A stretch of 64,000 nucleotides of DNA from an uncultured Clostridia bacterium (GCA_947589395.1 CANQAA010000001.1:449-64448); one strand, 5' to 3'; shown: positions 1 through 9,926, numbered from the stretch's first letter. Made by a program: numbers and translations. Notes: a model not told the origin generated them from the sequence alone.

Positions 1-805
1 AGACCTCGCCCACTCACTTATTTGAAACATTGCCCCCATTCGGGGCGTAGCTTGTCCTCGCCCGAGAAAGCATTTTGAAACATTCTGTCTCGGGGTCCCC
101 GCAAAAATATGCAATGTTTTTGTGGGGTAATGTACGGGGTGGAGCCGCAAGGCGGCGACCGCAGTCCAAACCCCAACAAACGAGGCAAGCTCATTTGTTG
201 GGGACCCCGATTTTACCCCATAAAAACAGGCAAGCTGTTTTGATGGGGACCCCGAAGGGGGCTGGCTGCCGTTTATCGGCAGCCTGAGGGGATTGTCTGA
301 CGTGCACTTATTCGAAGACCTGCATGAGCACGACAAACACTCATTCGAAGCGTTCTTAGACCTCGCCCGAGAAACTTCTTTGAAACTTGCTGTCTCGGGG
401 TCCCCGCAAAAATATGCAATGTTTTTGTGGGGTAAAGTTAGGGGAGCTGCCAGAATGGGCTGAGGGGATTGTCTGACAAACAACTTATTACGGGTTGAAA
501 CCTTTTTTCAAACTAAAACTTAGAGCGAGCGCTCATCCAAGCGCGCAAAATAGCGAGCGGGCGATAACAAGCAAAATGAGTGGATTTTGACCTTTATATC
601 GCAAAGCGAAGCGTAAGTTTTGCGTGCGCGGAGAAGCGAAAAAACCGTGTTGCCCTTTTGGCGAGGTTCATGCTTTGCATGAATCCGCAAGGGCTTACAC
701 GGTTTTTGAGCGGGGAAAGCCCGGAGGGAAAGGGTGGGTCTTCTAATTTGGGTTCGCACATCCAACTTAAGTAGAGAAAGTTCTCGTTTGCGTGCTTGAG
801 TACAA
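1..805 (+). repeat. Mosaic GC-rich hairpin-module repeat region, left copy (reverse-complement homolog of 53400-54330)
   Basis: No credible ORF. Many hairpins are capped by CCCC/GGGG, e.g. 97-127, 171-203, 216-248 and 264-284. A shortened second unit lies at 350-470. Long stretches recur as reverse complement at 53400-54330. Confidence 0.6.
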
Positions 806-860
806 CGAAAACTATTTCGAAGACCTATAGGAGAGCCGTCGTGCTCTTAATTTTCCTTAC

Positions 861-897
861 AAAACCACGCTCCCGTGCGGGAGCGCAAAAGATTTTT
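861..897 (-). terminator. Intrinsic terminator downstream of argS
   Basis: Stem CGCTCCC/GGGAGCG (868-885) with A/T runs on both sides. On the minus strand it is followed by TGGTTTTG. Confidence 0.5.
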
Positions 898-899
898 TG

Positions 900-2582
900 T
901 TACATCTCTTCGAGCGCGTCGATGCCGAGAAGATTAAGGCCCGTGCGGAGAGTGTTTTTGACGGCGAGGGTGAGCTTCAAGCGCGCGCTACGCACGTCCT
1001 TGTCGTCCACGATTATCCTGTGATCGATGTAAAATCGGTTGAACTTGCCAGCAAGGTCCACGATGTGGCGAGAGACGTAGCAGGGCTCGCGAAGTTTGGC
1101 GGCGAGGCGGACGCTTTCGCCGAATGTGACCACGCTTTTGACGACCTCGTAGCCTTCCGCGTCGGTGATGGAAGAAATATCCCCGTCCTCGAAGTTCGCT
1201 TCCCCGCTCTTTCTGAGCGCGCTCGCGCAGCGGGCGTAGGTATATTGAACGTACGGGGCGGTCTCGCCGTCGAAGTTGAGCACCTTGTCGTAGGAAAACA
1301 CGATATCCTTGATGCGGTTGTTCCAAAGCGCGGAAAAGACCACTGCGCCCACGCCGACGCTCTCGGCGATCTTGTCCTTATCCTTGATGTTGGGGTTTTT
1401 GTTTTCGATGATGGACTTGGCTTTTTCGACGGCGCGATCGAGGACTTCCTTGAGCCAGATCACCCTGCCGTTGCGCGTGGACATTGCGCCGTCCTCCATC
1501 GAGACCATGCCGAACGCGATGTGTTCCATGTCTTTCGCTCCTGCAAAATCCATGAGTTCAAGCACCTTAAACAGCTGCTTAAAGTGCAGATTCTGCTGAT
1601 ATGCGACGACATACAGGCATTTGAAAAAGTCGTAGGTTTGCTTTCTAAAGTAAGCGGCGGCGATGTCTCGCGTGGCGTAAAGCGTCGCCCCGTCCGCCTT
1701 GACCAAAAGACACGGCGGCATGCCGTACTCGTCGAGCTCCACGACCATTGCGCCGTCGCTCTCCTTGAGCAGTCCCTTGTCCTTCAAAATGTCGAGGCAG
1801 GGCGTCATTTTGTCGTTGTAGAAGCTCTCGCCCGCGTAGCTGTCGAAGGTGATCTTGAGTCTGTCGTACACCTTGCTCACCGCGCGCATCGTGACCTCTT
1901 TGAAGGCGTCGAAATATTTTGTCGCTTCCTTATCCCCGTCCTCGATGCGTTTGAACCAAGCTCTCGCTTCGTCGTCCATTTCGGGGTGCTCCTCCGCCTC
2001 CTTGTGATAGCGGACGTAAAGCGAATTCAAAAAGTACTCGTCGTTTCTTTCGACCTCCTCGAGCGACGACCACTTGCGGGTGGCGACGATGAGCTTGCCG
2101 AATTGCGTGCCCCAATCGCCCAAGTGATTGATGCCCACGACCTTATATCCCAAGTGCTTGAAGATCCTGTACAGCGCGCCGCCGATGACGGTCGTGCTGA
2201 GATGTCCTATGTGGAAGGGCTTTGCGATGTTGACGGAGCTATAGTCTATGCATATGGTCTTGCCCTCGCCTTCCGTCGACGTCCCCACGACGGGCGTATC
2301 CGCCGCCGCGAGCGCGAGTTTTGCTACGGTTTGCTTGTCGAAAAATATGTTTAGATATCCCCCGACGACTTCCGCTCTCTCGACGAAGTCCAGTCCCTCT
2401 ACGCGTTCCTTTAGGTTTTGCGCTATGACGGGCGGAGGGAGCCTCAACGTACGCGAAAATTTGAAGCACGGAAGGCTTATGTCCGCAAGTTTCGCGTCCT
2501 TTGGAGCTTCGAGCGCGCATTCTATCTCTTCAGCCGTGAGCTGCGCGTCGCTCAGCGCTTTTGCCAATTCACTTTCAAACAT
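900..2582 (-). CDS. argS: Arginine--tRNA ligase
   Basis: Start trimmed to MFESELAKAL. Class I HIGH motif (PFHIGHLSTTVIG) and full-length ArgRS-like sequence. The ATG lies 2 nt after the proS stop. Confidence 0.93.
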   Translation of the reverse strand: MFESELAKALSDAQLTAEEIECALEAPKDAKLADISLPCFKFSRTLRLPPPVIAQNLKERVEGLDFVERAEVVGGYLNIFFDKQTVAKLALAAADTPVVGTSTEGEGKTICIDYSSVNIAKPFHIGHLSTTVIGGALYRIFKHLGYKVVGINHLGDWGTQFGKLIVATRKWSSLEEVERNDEYFLNSLYVRYHKEAEEHPEMDDEARAWFKRIEDGDKEATKYFDAFKEVTMRAVSKVYDRLKITFDSYAGESFYNDKMTPCLDILKDKGLLKESDGAMVVELDEYGMPPCLLVKADGATLYATRDIAAAYFRKQTYDFFKCLYVVAYQQNLHFKQLFKVLELMDFAGAKDMEHIAFGMVSMEDGAMSTRNGRVIWLKEVLDRAVEKAKSIIENKNPNIKDKDKIAESVGVGAVVFSALWNNRIKDIVFSYDKVLNFDGETAPYVQYTYARCASALRKSGEANFEDGDISSITDAEGYEVVKSVVTFGESVRLAAKLREPCYVSRHIVDLAGKFNRFYIDHRIIVDDKDVRSARLKLTLAVKNTLRTGLNLLGIDALEEM

Positions 2583-2584
2583 AA

Positions 2585-4027
2585 TCAATAACTCTTTGCA
2601 AAATATATGACCTTGTCGGCGGGCTTGTGGCAGCAAACGCACTCATGCCCGACGGGGGTCTGGTCAAACGGCATCACCCTTGACGTCGCCTGAAGTTGCT
2701 CTTTGATCTTGTCCTCGCAGCGGCGGTCTCCGCACCACATGGCCTTGACGAAGCATTGCTTGTCGAGGGCGTCCTTCATCTCGTCCATATCATTGCAAGT
2801 GACGATGTGCGAGTGCAAAAACTCGTGGGACATGCGGAACATATTTTCGTGCACGGCGTCGAGCGTCTCCTTCACGGTCTCGGCTATGCCCTCAAGCGGC
2901 GCGGCGAACTTTTCATGCGTGTCGCGGCGCACGAGCACTGCCTGCCCGTTTTCGATGTCGCGCGGTCCGAGCTCGAGACGGACGGGAACCCCTTTCATCT
3001 CCCACTCGTTATATTTCCAGCCGGGAGACTGATCCCTGTCGTCAAGCTCCACCCTGACTCCCGCGTTTTGAAGCTCTTCCTTGAGCGCCGCCGCTCTTTC
3101 GAGCACGCCCTCTTTGTGCACCGCAACGGGCACGATGACCACTTGAATGGGCGCGACTCTCGGCGGCAACTTGAGCCCCCTCTGATCGCCGTGCGCCATG
3201 ATGAGCGCGCCGATAAGCCTCGTGGACACGCCCCAACTCGTTTGATATGGGTTTTTGAGTTGCCCGTCCTTGTCGAGATACTTGATTTCGAATGCGGAAG
3301 CGAAGTTTTGCCCCAAATAGTGCGACGTGCCCGCCTGCAAGGACTTGCCATCCAGCATCATGGCTTCCATCGCGTAGGTCGCCTCCGCGCCCGCGAACTT
3401 CTCTTTTTCGGACTTCACGCCCGTGAGCACGTCGATCGCGAGCACGTTTTGCATGAACTCGCGATACACCTCGAGCATCTTCAAAGTCTCCTCTCTCGCT
3501 TCCTCTTCCGTCCTGTGCAGCGTGTGGCCCTCCTGCCACAAGAACTCGCTCGTGCGAAGGAAGGGACGAGTGGTCTTTTCCCATCTCACGACGTTCGCCC
3601 ACTGGTTGATGAGCACGGGCAGATCGCGATAGCTCTGCACCCACTTGGCGTACATCGAGCATATGATCGTCTCCGAAGTCGGGCGCACCACGAGCTTCTC
3701 CTCAAGCGGCACGTCCCCGACGTGCGTCACCAGCGCGACCTCCGGCGCGAATCCCTCCACATGCTCCGCCTCCTTCACGAGGTAGCTATACGGAATGAAC
3801 ATCGGAAAATACGCGTTCTTGTGCCCCGTCGCCTTGAAGCGCTTGTTCAGCTCCTCCTGAATGCGCTCCCAAATTTCGTATCCGTACGGGCGAATGACCA
3901 TCGTGCCCTTCACGGGGCCGTAGTCCACAAGTTGCGTCTTCAAAATCACGTCCGTATACCAGCGCGGAAAATCAACGGTCATGTCCGCAATGTCCTTGAC
4001 AAATTGAGCGTCTTTTGCGTCTGCCAT
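2585..4027 (-). CDS. proS: Proline--tRNA ligase (480-aa archaeal/eukaryote-like type)
   Basis: N-terminus FPRWYTDVILKTQLVDYGPVKGTMVIRPYGYEIWE and the 480-aa length are typical of the short-form class II ProRS. Confidence 0.92.
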   Translation of the reverse strand: MADAKDAQFVKDIADMTVDFPRWYTDVILKTQLVDYGPVKGTMVIRPYGYEIWERIQEELNKRFKATGHKNAYFPMFIPYSYLVKEAEHVEGFAPEVALVTHVGDVPLEEKLVVRPTSETIICSMYAKWVQSYRDLPVLINQWANVVRWEKTTRPFLRTSEFLWQEGHTLHRTEEEAREETLKMLEVYREFMQNVLAIDVLTGVKSEKEKFAGAEATYAMEAMMLDGKSLQAGTSHYLGQNFASAFEIKYLDKDGQLKNPYQTSWGVSTRLIGALIMAHGDQRGLKLPPRVAPIQVVIVPVAVHKEGVLERAAALKEELQNAGVRVELDDRDQSPGWKYNEWEMKGVPVRLELGPRDIENGQAVLVRRDTHEKFAAPLEGIAETVKETLDAVHENMFRMSHEFLHSHIVTCNDMDEMKDALDKQCFVKAMWCGDRRCEDKIKEQLQATSRVMPFDQTPVGHECVCCHKPADKVIYFAKSY

Positions 4028-4275
4028 ATTCTATACTCCTTGAAAAACTAATTGCTATTATATACCATAAACCCGCTTCCCGCAACAATAATGCAAAATT
4101 TGTCCTTAGACAAAATCCGCCCGCGAGTTGCAGGGGCTGACGCCTCGCTTGTGAGTTGCAGGGGCTGCACCCCCGCAAAGGACTTCGTCCTCTGCACTCC
4201 CAAAACTAAAATGCGCGAACGGCAGTTCTTTCATCACCACCATTCGCGCGTTTTGATTTTTGAATTGCAAAGTTG

Positions 4276-4971
4276 TCAGTTGTTTGCTTGTTCATTATCC
4301 TCTTTTTCGCCATATTTCCATAAGATCATATCGAGCTTTTTGGAAACGGAGTATGTAAATTTGTATCCTTTGTCCGTTTTATTTGGCAAGGCTTTGAGTT
4401 CTTCGGCATTGTCGGCGAGATAATCATAATACTCGCCCAAAAATCTGTCGTTTTCGCAAATATTATCTGACCATTTGAATCCCAACGCTTTCCAAGCGTC
4501 TTGTACTTGAGAATCGCACGCCATTATGCAACCGTATGCGACCATGAGGAGCTTGCAAATGAGCACGTTTTTATAACCTTTTTTATCTTCGCCAAGAGCT
4601 TTTTTGATCGCCGTTGTTGTGTTTTTCACAAACTCGATATACTCTTCTTTTTCGCCTTCGGCTTTTGTGGGACAAAAATCGTTGCAGAAAGGACAATCTT
4701 CTTTGTAATTTTCTTTCAACGCCTGCGCAACTTCTATAAGACAAGTGTAGTTGTGCGCTATCAAATATTGTTGATGGGTAGCCATGCCCCAGCATGCCAA
4801 AAACGAATAGAGATGAAGCGCCATTTTGTCGTCGTCCATTTTCCCTGCTACATAATCTTTGAAAGCGACTTTGCAAATATCATACGCTCTATATCTGTCT
4901 TTTTCTTCATCAAGACCTTCGAGGAAGGTGGTGTAAAAAGTTGCATAATTTTCTGGAAGTTTGTTGCTCAT
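4276..4971 (-). CDS. Hypothetical protein (Cys-rich, no family recognised)
   Basis: Uninterrupted 231-aa ORF in a locally AT-richer segment. Only weak competing ORFs on the opposite strand. Confidence 0.55.
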   Translation of the reverse strand: MSNKLPENYATFYTTFLEGLDEEKDRYRAYDICKVAFKDYVAGKMDDDKMALHLYSFLACWGMATHQQYLIAHNYTCLIEVAQALKENYKEDCPFCNDFCPTKAEGEKEEYIEFVKNTTTAIKKALGEDKKGYKNVLICKLLMVAYGCIMACDSQVQDAWKALGFKWSDNICENDRFLGEYYDYLADNAEELKALPNKTDKGYKFTYSVSKKLDMILWKYGEKEDNEQANN

Positions 4972-5019
4972 TTTTTATTCTCCTTTTTTTTAGGCATACA
5001 GCCTTATTTTTTATATTTT

Positions 5020-7527
5020 TTAATCTTGTTTGACCCAAAGGTCAAGTTTGTCGCAAGCGATCAAGACGGGTTGGTCGCTCGGCAGGGCGGAAATATTGCT
5101 CGCCACTTCTGGCCCCGTGGAGTTGTAATGCATTCTTTTATAATTTGGAGTATTATAATCCCAACCGGATCTTTTATCGATACTTCTCCACTGCGTTTCA
5201 TCACCCGCATAATATATATCTTCCACGCCTGTACATCCACCGAATGCATAACTGCCTATGCTTTGCACGCTGTCGGGAATTATTACGGAGGTTATATCTG
5301 AACAATCATAGAATGCATATGCGGATATTTTGGCAACTCCGTCCAAACCATTTACTTCGGTTACCAAAGCATCATTCAGATACAATTTTGCCGTGCCTGC
5401 TATGTTATTGTTTGCCGCAAACAAAGGATTGGCTTCATAATTTCCAAACTCGATCTCGCACCATGTCTTAAGTGAAGTTACATTCACCTTTGTTATGTTC
5501 ACACAACCGGAGAATGCATCCTCGCCTATGCTTTGCACACTGTCGGGAATGATGACAGAGGTTATGCCTGTGCACTTAGAGAATGCATACTCGCCTATAC
5601 TCTTCACGCTGTCGGGAATTGTGACGGAAGTTATGCCTGTAAGTCCATAAAATGCATATTCACCTATCTTTGTTGTGCCTGCAGGAATAGTAAGATTTGT
5701 TAGATCTACTAAATCCTCATTACAATATAACTCTGCTTTGCCGTCGGTAACAGACAAAGGATTGGCTGACCCACCACCAAACTCGATCTCACACCATCCT
5801 TTGAAATTCCCGAGATAATTGACTTCGGTTATGCCCCTGCAAAACTGGAATGCTCCACCGCCTATACTTTGCACACTGTCGGGAATGGTAACAGAGGTTA
5901 TGCCTGTGCAATAGGAGAATGCATCATGGCCTATACTTTGCACTCCGTCGCCTATCGTCACCGTCTTTAAGCCTGTACAATTACGGAATGCATAATAGCC
6001 TATGCTTTGCACGCCGTCGCCTATCGTCAATGACTGCAGTCCTGTGCAGTCGTAGAATGCACTATTGCCTATGCTCTGCACACTGATGGGAATTGTTATC
6101 TCGCTCAAGCCTGCGCAACCACAGAATGCATACTCGTCTATGCTCTGCGCGCTGCCCGGAATTGTTACGGAGGTTATATCTGAACAACAATAGAATGCAT
6201 ATGCGGATATTTTGGCAACTCCGTCCAAATCATTTACTTCGGTTACCAAAGCGTCATTCAGATATAGCTTTGCATTACCTTGTGCCGCAGACAAAGGATT
6301 GGCGTCACGATTTCCAAACTCGATCTCGCACCATGTCTTAAGTGAAGTTACATTCACCTTTGTTATGTTCACACAACCGTAGAATATGTCAGCGCCTATA
6401 CTTTGCACATTCGCGCCTATGTTTATTGTTGATATATTATTCAAGGATATATTATTATAGTCGAATATTGGATACCCTTGATCTTTTTCTATAGCGCAAT
6501 TTATAGCATTCCAATTCAATGTCTGCAAATTCGTGCACTTCTCGAATGCTCTCTCGCCTATGCTTTGCATGCTGTCCGGAATTGTGATGGCAGTTAAACC
6601 TTTGCCACTAAAAGCAGACTTGTTGATTTTGACGCACCCGTCGAGGATCGCAACTTCGCCTTCTAACGCTTCTGGAATAAAATAAATTGATTTGTCGGTT
6701 TTGTTATAAACTATCCCATCTTTGCTTAGATAAATTGCATTGCCCTCTTCAATAAAAATCGATTTAAGACTGTTGCAACCGTCAAATGCAGACGACGCTA
6801 AGTTTTGCACGCCGTCGCCTATCGTCACCGTCTTTAAGCCTGTGCAACTTGCGAATGCACATTCGCCCATACTTTGCACCCCGTCGGGAATAGAAACCGA
6901 CGCTATCGTATTGCAACCTTCAAATGCGTAGCCGCCGATGGACGTGATCGTTTGCCCGTCTATCTCGCTTGGGATAACAAGGTCGCTCACAAGCGCTATT
7001 CTGTCGCTGTGCCCAACCAAAACTCCGTCCTTCACAAGCAGCACGCACCCGCCGAACTCCGCTTTGAGAGTGGCGTTTTGCTCGATGTTCCAATTTGCTA
7101 TGCTGCCGTCCGAAGCGGAAAGCCGTATGCCGTTGTACGCCCAGCCCAAAAACTCCGTGTATATCTCGTTGGCGGGTTTGGGTACGGGCAATTGACAGGG
7201 CTTGCCATATTGCACCGTATATTCGGTCTTTTCAAGCGGTTTGCACCCCTCGACGTCCAAAGTCACGGTAAACTCCGTTCCTATCGCCGGCGTATTCCCA
7301 CCTGTTGATGGTGTATTCTCACCTGTTGACGGAGTATTCCCACCTGTTGATGGAGTATTTCCACCTGTTGATGGGGTATTCCCTCCCGTTGAGGGCGTGT
7401 CCCCGCCGGTTCCCACGTTGCTTGGGGGAGTGTTGGGCTGCGCTTCCTTGCCGCAAGCGGCGAGGGTCAGGATCAAACATAAAAGACATAGCGCCAATAT
7501 AAGCGCAAAAACAACTTTCTTTTTCAT
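5020..7527 (-). CDS. BspA-type leucine-rich-repeat surface lipoprotein
   Basis: Start trimmed to MKKKVVF, preceded by GGAGGT. Lipobox LTLAAC|G, then a GGNTPST x5 linker, then many repeats of the form IPDSVQSIGxxAFxxCTGLxSVTI. Confidence 0.85.
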   Translation of the reverse strand: MKKKVVFALILALCLLCLILTLAACGKEAQPNTPPSNVGTGGDTPSTGGNTPSTGGNTPSTGGNTPSTGENTPSTGGNTPAIGTEFTVTLDVEGCKPLEKTEYTVQYGKPCQLPVPKPANEIYTEFLGWAYNGIRLSASDGSIANWNIEQNATLKAEFGGCVLLVKDGVLVGHSDRIALVSDLVIPSEIDGQTITSIGGYAFEGCNTIASVSIPDGVQSMGECAFASCTGLKTVTIGDGVQNLASSAFDGCNSLKSIFIEEGNAIYLSKDGIVYNKTDKSIYFIPEALEGEVAILDGCVKINKSAFSGKGLTAITIPDSMQSIGERAFEKCTNLQTLNWNAINCAIEKDQGYPIFDYNNISLNNISTINIGANVQSIGADIFYGCVNITKVNVTSLKTWCEIEFGNRDANPLSAAQGNAKLYLNDALVTEVNDLDGVAKISAYAFYCCSDITSVTIPGSAQSIDEYAFCGCAGLSEITIPISVQSIGNSAFYDCTGLQSLTIGDGVQSIGYYAFRNCTGLKTVTIGDGVQSIGHDAFSYCTGITSVTIPDSVQSIGGGAFQFCRGITEVNYLGNFKGWCEIEFGGGSANPLSVTDGKAELYCNEDLVDLTNLTIPAGTTKIGEYAFYGLTGITSVTIPDSVKSIGEYAFSKCTGITSVIIPDSVQSIGEDAFSGCVNITKVNVTSLKTWCEIEFGNYEANPLFAANNNIAGTAKLYLNDALVTEVNGLDGVAKISAYAFYDCSDITSVIIPDSVQSIGSYAFGGCTGVEDIYYAGDETQWRSIDKRSGWDYNTPNYKRMHYNSTGPEVASNISALPSDQPVLIACDKLDLWVKQD
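7291..7416. repeat. Six 21-bp tandem repeats encoding the (T/G)GGNTPS linker of the LRR lipoprotein
   Basis: gtattcccacctgttgatgg-like units at 7291, 7312, 7333, 7354, 7375 and 7396. Confidence 0.8.
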
Positions 7528-7710
7528 CGTTACCTCCGATTTCACCAACATTTTAACGCTTGTGCGTTAGTCTGTCAACATTTTTGCGTTAGGTATATAA
7601 CGCAAAAGCGTTATACAATATTTGTGAAGGCGCAAGCGATTTGCCCGAATATGTTTGCACGAGCGCCTTTTGGCGCATAATTTTTGCGATTTATTTTGGG
7701 GAGGCATTCC

Positions 7711-8007
7711 ATGAAGATAAACGAACGTATAAACGAACTCAGGCTCAAGCGCGGGTGGTCCGTGAACAACCTTGCTCTTGAGGCGGGGCTGACGCAATCC
7801 ACGCTCAACTCGCTTCTTTTGAGGGAGTCCTCGCCGCGCGTGGAGACCCTCATCAGCATTTGCAACGCGTTCAACATTTCGCTCGCGCAATTTTTCATCG
7901 AGGACGAAAAACTCGAGATGCTCTCGGACGACGAAAAAAAGTTGATAGAAGCCTTTCGCCGTCTCACCCCCGAAAAACAAAGATATCTTTTGGGACTTTT
8001 GCTTTGA
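7711..8007 (+). CDS. XRE-family helix-turn-helix transcriptional regulator
   Basis: MKINERINELRLKRGWSVNNLALEAGLTQSTLNSLL is a classic HTH_3 pattern. RBS GGGAGG lies 8 nt upstream. Confidence 0.85.
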   Translation: MKINERINELRLKRGWSVNNLALEAGLTQSTLNSLLLRESSPRVETLISICNAFNISLAQFFIEDEKLEMLSDDEKKLIEAFRRLTPEKQRYLLGLLL

Positions 8008-8080
8008 GAATCAAAAAAGCGGCATATGCGCCGCCTCTTTTTTTGTTTCATTCAAAAATTTGCAACCTGTGTGAGATTTT

Positions 8081-8554
8081 TCAAAAATCTTCGTCGTCCT
8101 CTTCGTCTTCGTCGTCGTCCTCTTCGTCAAAGCCCTCGAGGTCCTGCAAGGATTCGTCGAAGTCGTCGGGCTCGTCGGAGTTCTCCTCCTCTTCCTCAAT
8201 GTCCTCGTCCTCTTCCTCCTGAAGCTGACTGAGCGACACCTCGTTTTCGTCCTCGAGCTCGACCTCGTCGTCGTCTTCGTCCACAAAGTCGCGCCAACTT
8301 TCGTCGTCCTCGACCTTGTCGCGCAACTTCGCCGCCTGCTCCATTCGGCATGAGGGACAAATGTCCTCACCCTCGTCAAGGTAGTTCACCTTGCAGATGG
8401 GGCAGATCCTGTCCTCATAACTTTCGTCGTCGTCCTCCTCGAGCAAGCTGATGGAGCTTGCCTTGCCGAGTTCCGCCTTGCAAACTTCGCAAAGTTCCTC
8501 GTCAAGAGCGATCCAATTGAGCTCACAGCGTGGGCATTTTTTGTATTTTCCCAT
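8081..8554 (-). CDS. Zinc-ribbon protein with poly-acidic C-terminal tail (hypothetical)
   Basis: Start at MGKYKK after GAGG. Two Cys pairs CPRC..CEVC and two more CPIC..CPSC. The last ~70 aa are almost entirely D/E. Confidence 0.6.
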   Translation of the reverse strand: MGKYKKCPRCELNWIALDEELCEVCKAELGKASSISLLEEDDDESYEDRICPICKVNYLDEGEDICPSCRMEQAAKLRDKVEDDESWRDFVDEDDDEVELEDENEVSLSQLQEEEDEDIEEEEENSDEPDDFDESLQDLEGFDEEDDDEDEEDDEDF

Positions 8555-8754
8555 TTTTACCTCGCCTTTGGCTTTCATATATTATATTGATAAGATCGCA
8601 TTATGTAAACTGTTTTTTTAATTTTTTTCGAAATTTTTATTCCGCCCCTCGCTTTTTGAGCTACGAGGCGAGTTTTTGCCCCTTTTCCCCCATTCATCAC
8701 TATGAAAAAACAAAAGAGTTTGCCATTTGGCGTTTTGTATGTTATTATAAACGT

Positions 8755-9195
8755 ATGTCGGAATTTTTTGCTTCGATAATGCTGAAAACCCCAATACCCG
8801 AGGCGGAAGCTCTCAAGCTCAGCCCCATGTCCCTCGCGTTCGTCGGAGACGCGGTGCAGGCTCTTTACACGCGCACTCGCGTGACCGTCGGCTCAACCAT
8901 CAAGACCGCCGCGTTGCACAAAGAAGTCACGCAGGTGGTCAAAGCCGTCTCGCAAGCAAAGGAAGCCGACTTCATCATCCCCTCCCTCACCCCCGTCGAG
9001 TGGGATGTGTTTCGCCGCGCGCGCAACTCAAAAGTTTTGACGTCCGCAAAACACGCCGAACAGGGAGAATATCGCAAGGCGAGCGGGCTTGAGGCGGTCA
9101 TCGGCTTTTTGTTTTTGACCGGCAACGAGCAGAGACTCGACTACGTCTTGTCCGCCGCGTTCGACGAGGCGCAAAAACTGCAAGAGAAGGACTGA
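8755..9195 (+). CDS. mrnC: Mini-ribonuclease III
   Basis: LAFVGDAVQALYTRTRV and YRKASGLEAVIGFLFLTG motifs. Sits directly upstream of rlmB and a sigH-like gene, as in Bacillus yazC-yacO-sigH. Confidence 0.8.
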   Translation: MSEFFASIMLKTPIPEAEALKLSPMSLAFVGDAVQALYTRTRVTVGSTIKTAALHKEVTQVVKAVSQAKEADFIIPSLTPVEWDVFRRARNSKVLTSAKHAEQGEYRKASGLEAVIGFLFLTGNEQRLDYVLSAAFDEAQKLQEKD

Positions 9196-9197
9196 TC

Positions 9198-9926
9198 ATG
9201 TATATCTATGGACGAAATCCCGTAAAAGAAGCGTATCTCGCGGGCAAAACCGTGAACAAGCTCTACGTTCAAAAGGGCGAGCCCGACTCCACCCTTTCGC
9301 GCGTCCTCAAACTCGCAAAAGAGGCGAGAACCGTGATAAGCTACGTCGACCAAAAAAAACTCGATTTGCTCGCGGAGGGCAAAAATCATCAAGGCGTGGT
9401 CGCCGCCGTCACGGACTTTGAATATTGCGAGCTCGACGACATCCTCGCGCTTGCAAAAAGCAGGGGGGAAGAGCCTTTTCTCGTGCTGCTCGACGGCATA
9501 ACAGATCCCCACAATTTCGGCGCGATGATAAGAAGCGCGGAGTGCTTCGGCGTGCACGGCGTCGTTATTCCCAAACATCGCAGCGCCGTCGTCAACGACA
9601 CGGTCGTCAAAGTCTCAAGCGGGGCTGCCGAGCACATGCTCATTGCAAAAGTCACAAATCTCAACGACGCGATAAGATATCTCAAACAGCAAAATATATG
9701 GGTTTATGCGACAGATTTTGACGGTAAACCCCCAAAATGTGCAAATTTGACGGGCGCTGTTGCGATCGTCGTGGGTAGCGAAGGCGAGGGCATCCATCGT
9801 CTGACAAAGGAGCTTGCGGACGACGTTTTGACCATCGAGCAATATGGCAAGATCAACTCGCTCAACGCGTCCGTCGCGCTTGGCGTGACCCTATATGAGG
9901 CAGCAAAACAAAGACATGAAAAGTGA
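9198..9926 (+). CDS. rlmB: 23S rRNA (guanosine-2'-O)-methyltransferase, SpoU/TrmH family
   Basis: N-terminus YIYGRNPVKEAY. SpoU motifs ITDPHNFGAMIRSAECFG, VVGSEGEGI and NSLNASVA. Confidence 0.85.
   Translation: MYIYGRNPVKEAYLAGKTVNKLYVQKGEPDSTLSRVLKLAKEARTVISYVDQKKLDLLAEGKNHQGVVAAVTDFEYCELDDILALAKSRGEEPFLVLLDGITDPHNFGAMIRSAECFGVHGVVIPKHRSAVVNDTVVKVSSGAAEHMLIAKVTNLNDAIRYLKQQNIWVYATDFDGKPPKCANLTGAVAIVVGSEGEGIHRLTKELADDVLTIEQYGKINSLNASVALGVTLYEAAKQRHEK

Noticed and set aside
4028-4275. Possible T-box leader upstream of proS, suggested by aatggtggtga and repeated gagttgcaggggctg units.
   Set aside because: A TTGCGG-17-TATAAT promoter sits only about 30 nt from the proS start, so these sequences lie upstream of the transcript. 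No AAnnGGGTGGTACCGCG T-box core or terminator/antiterminator pair is present.
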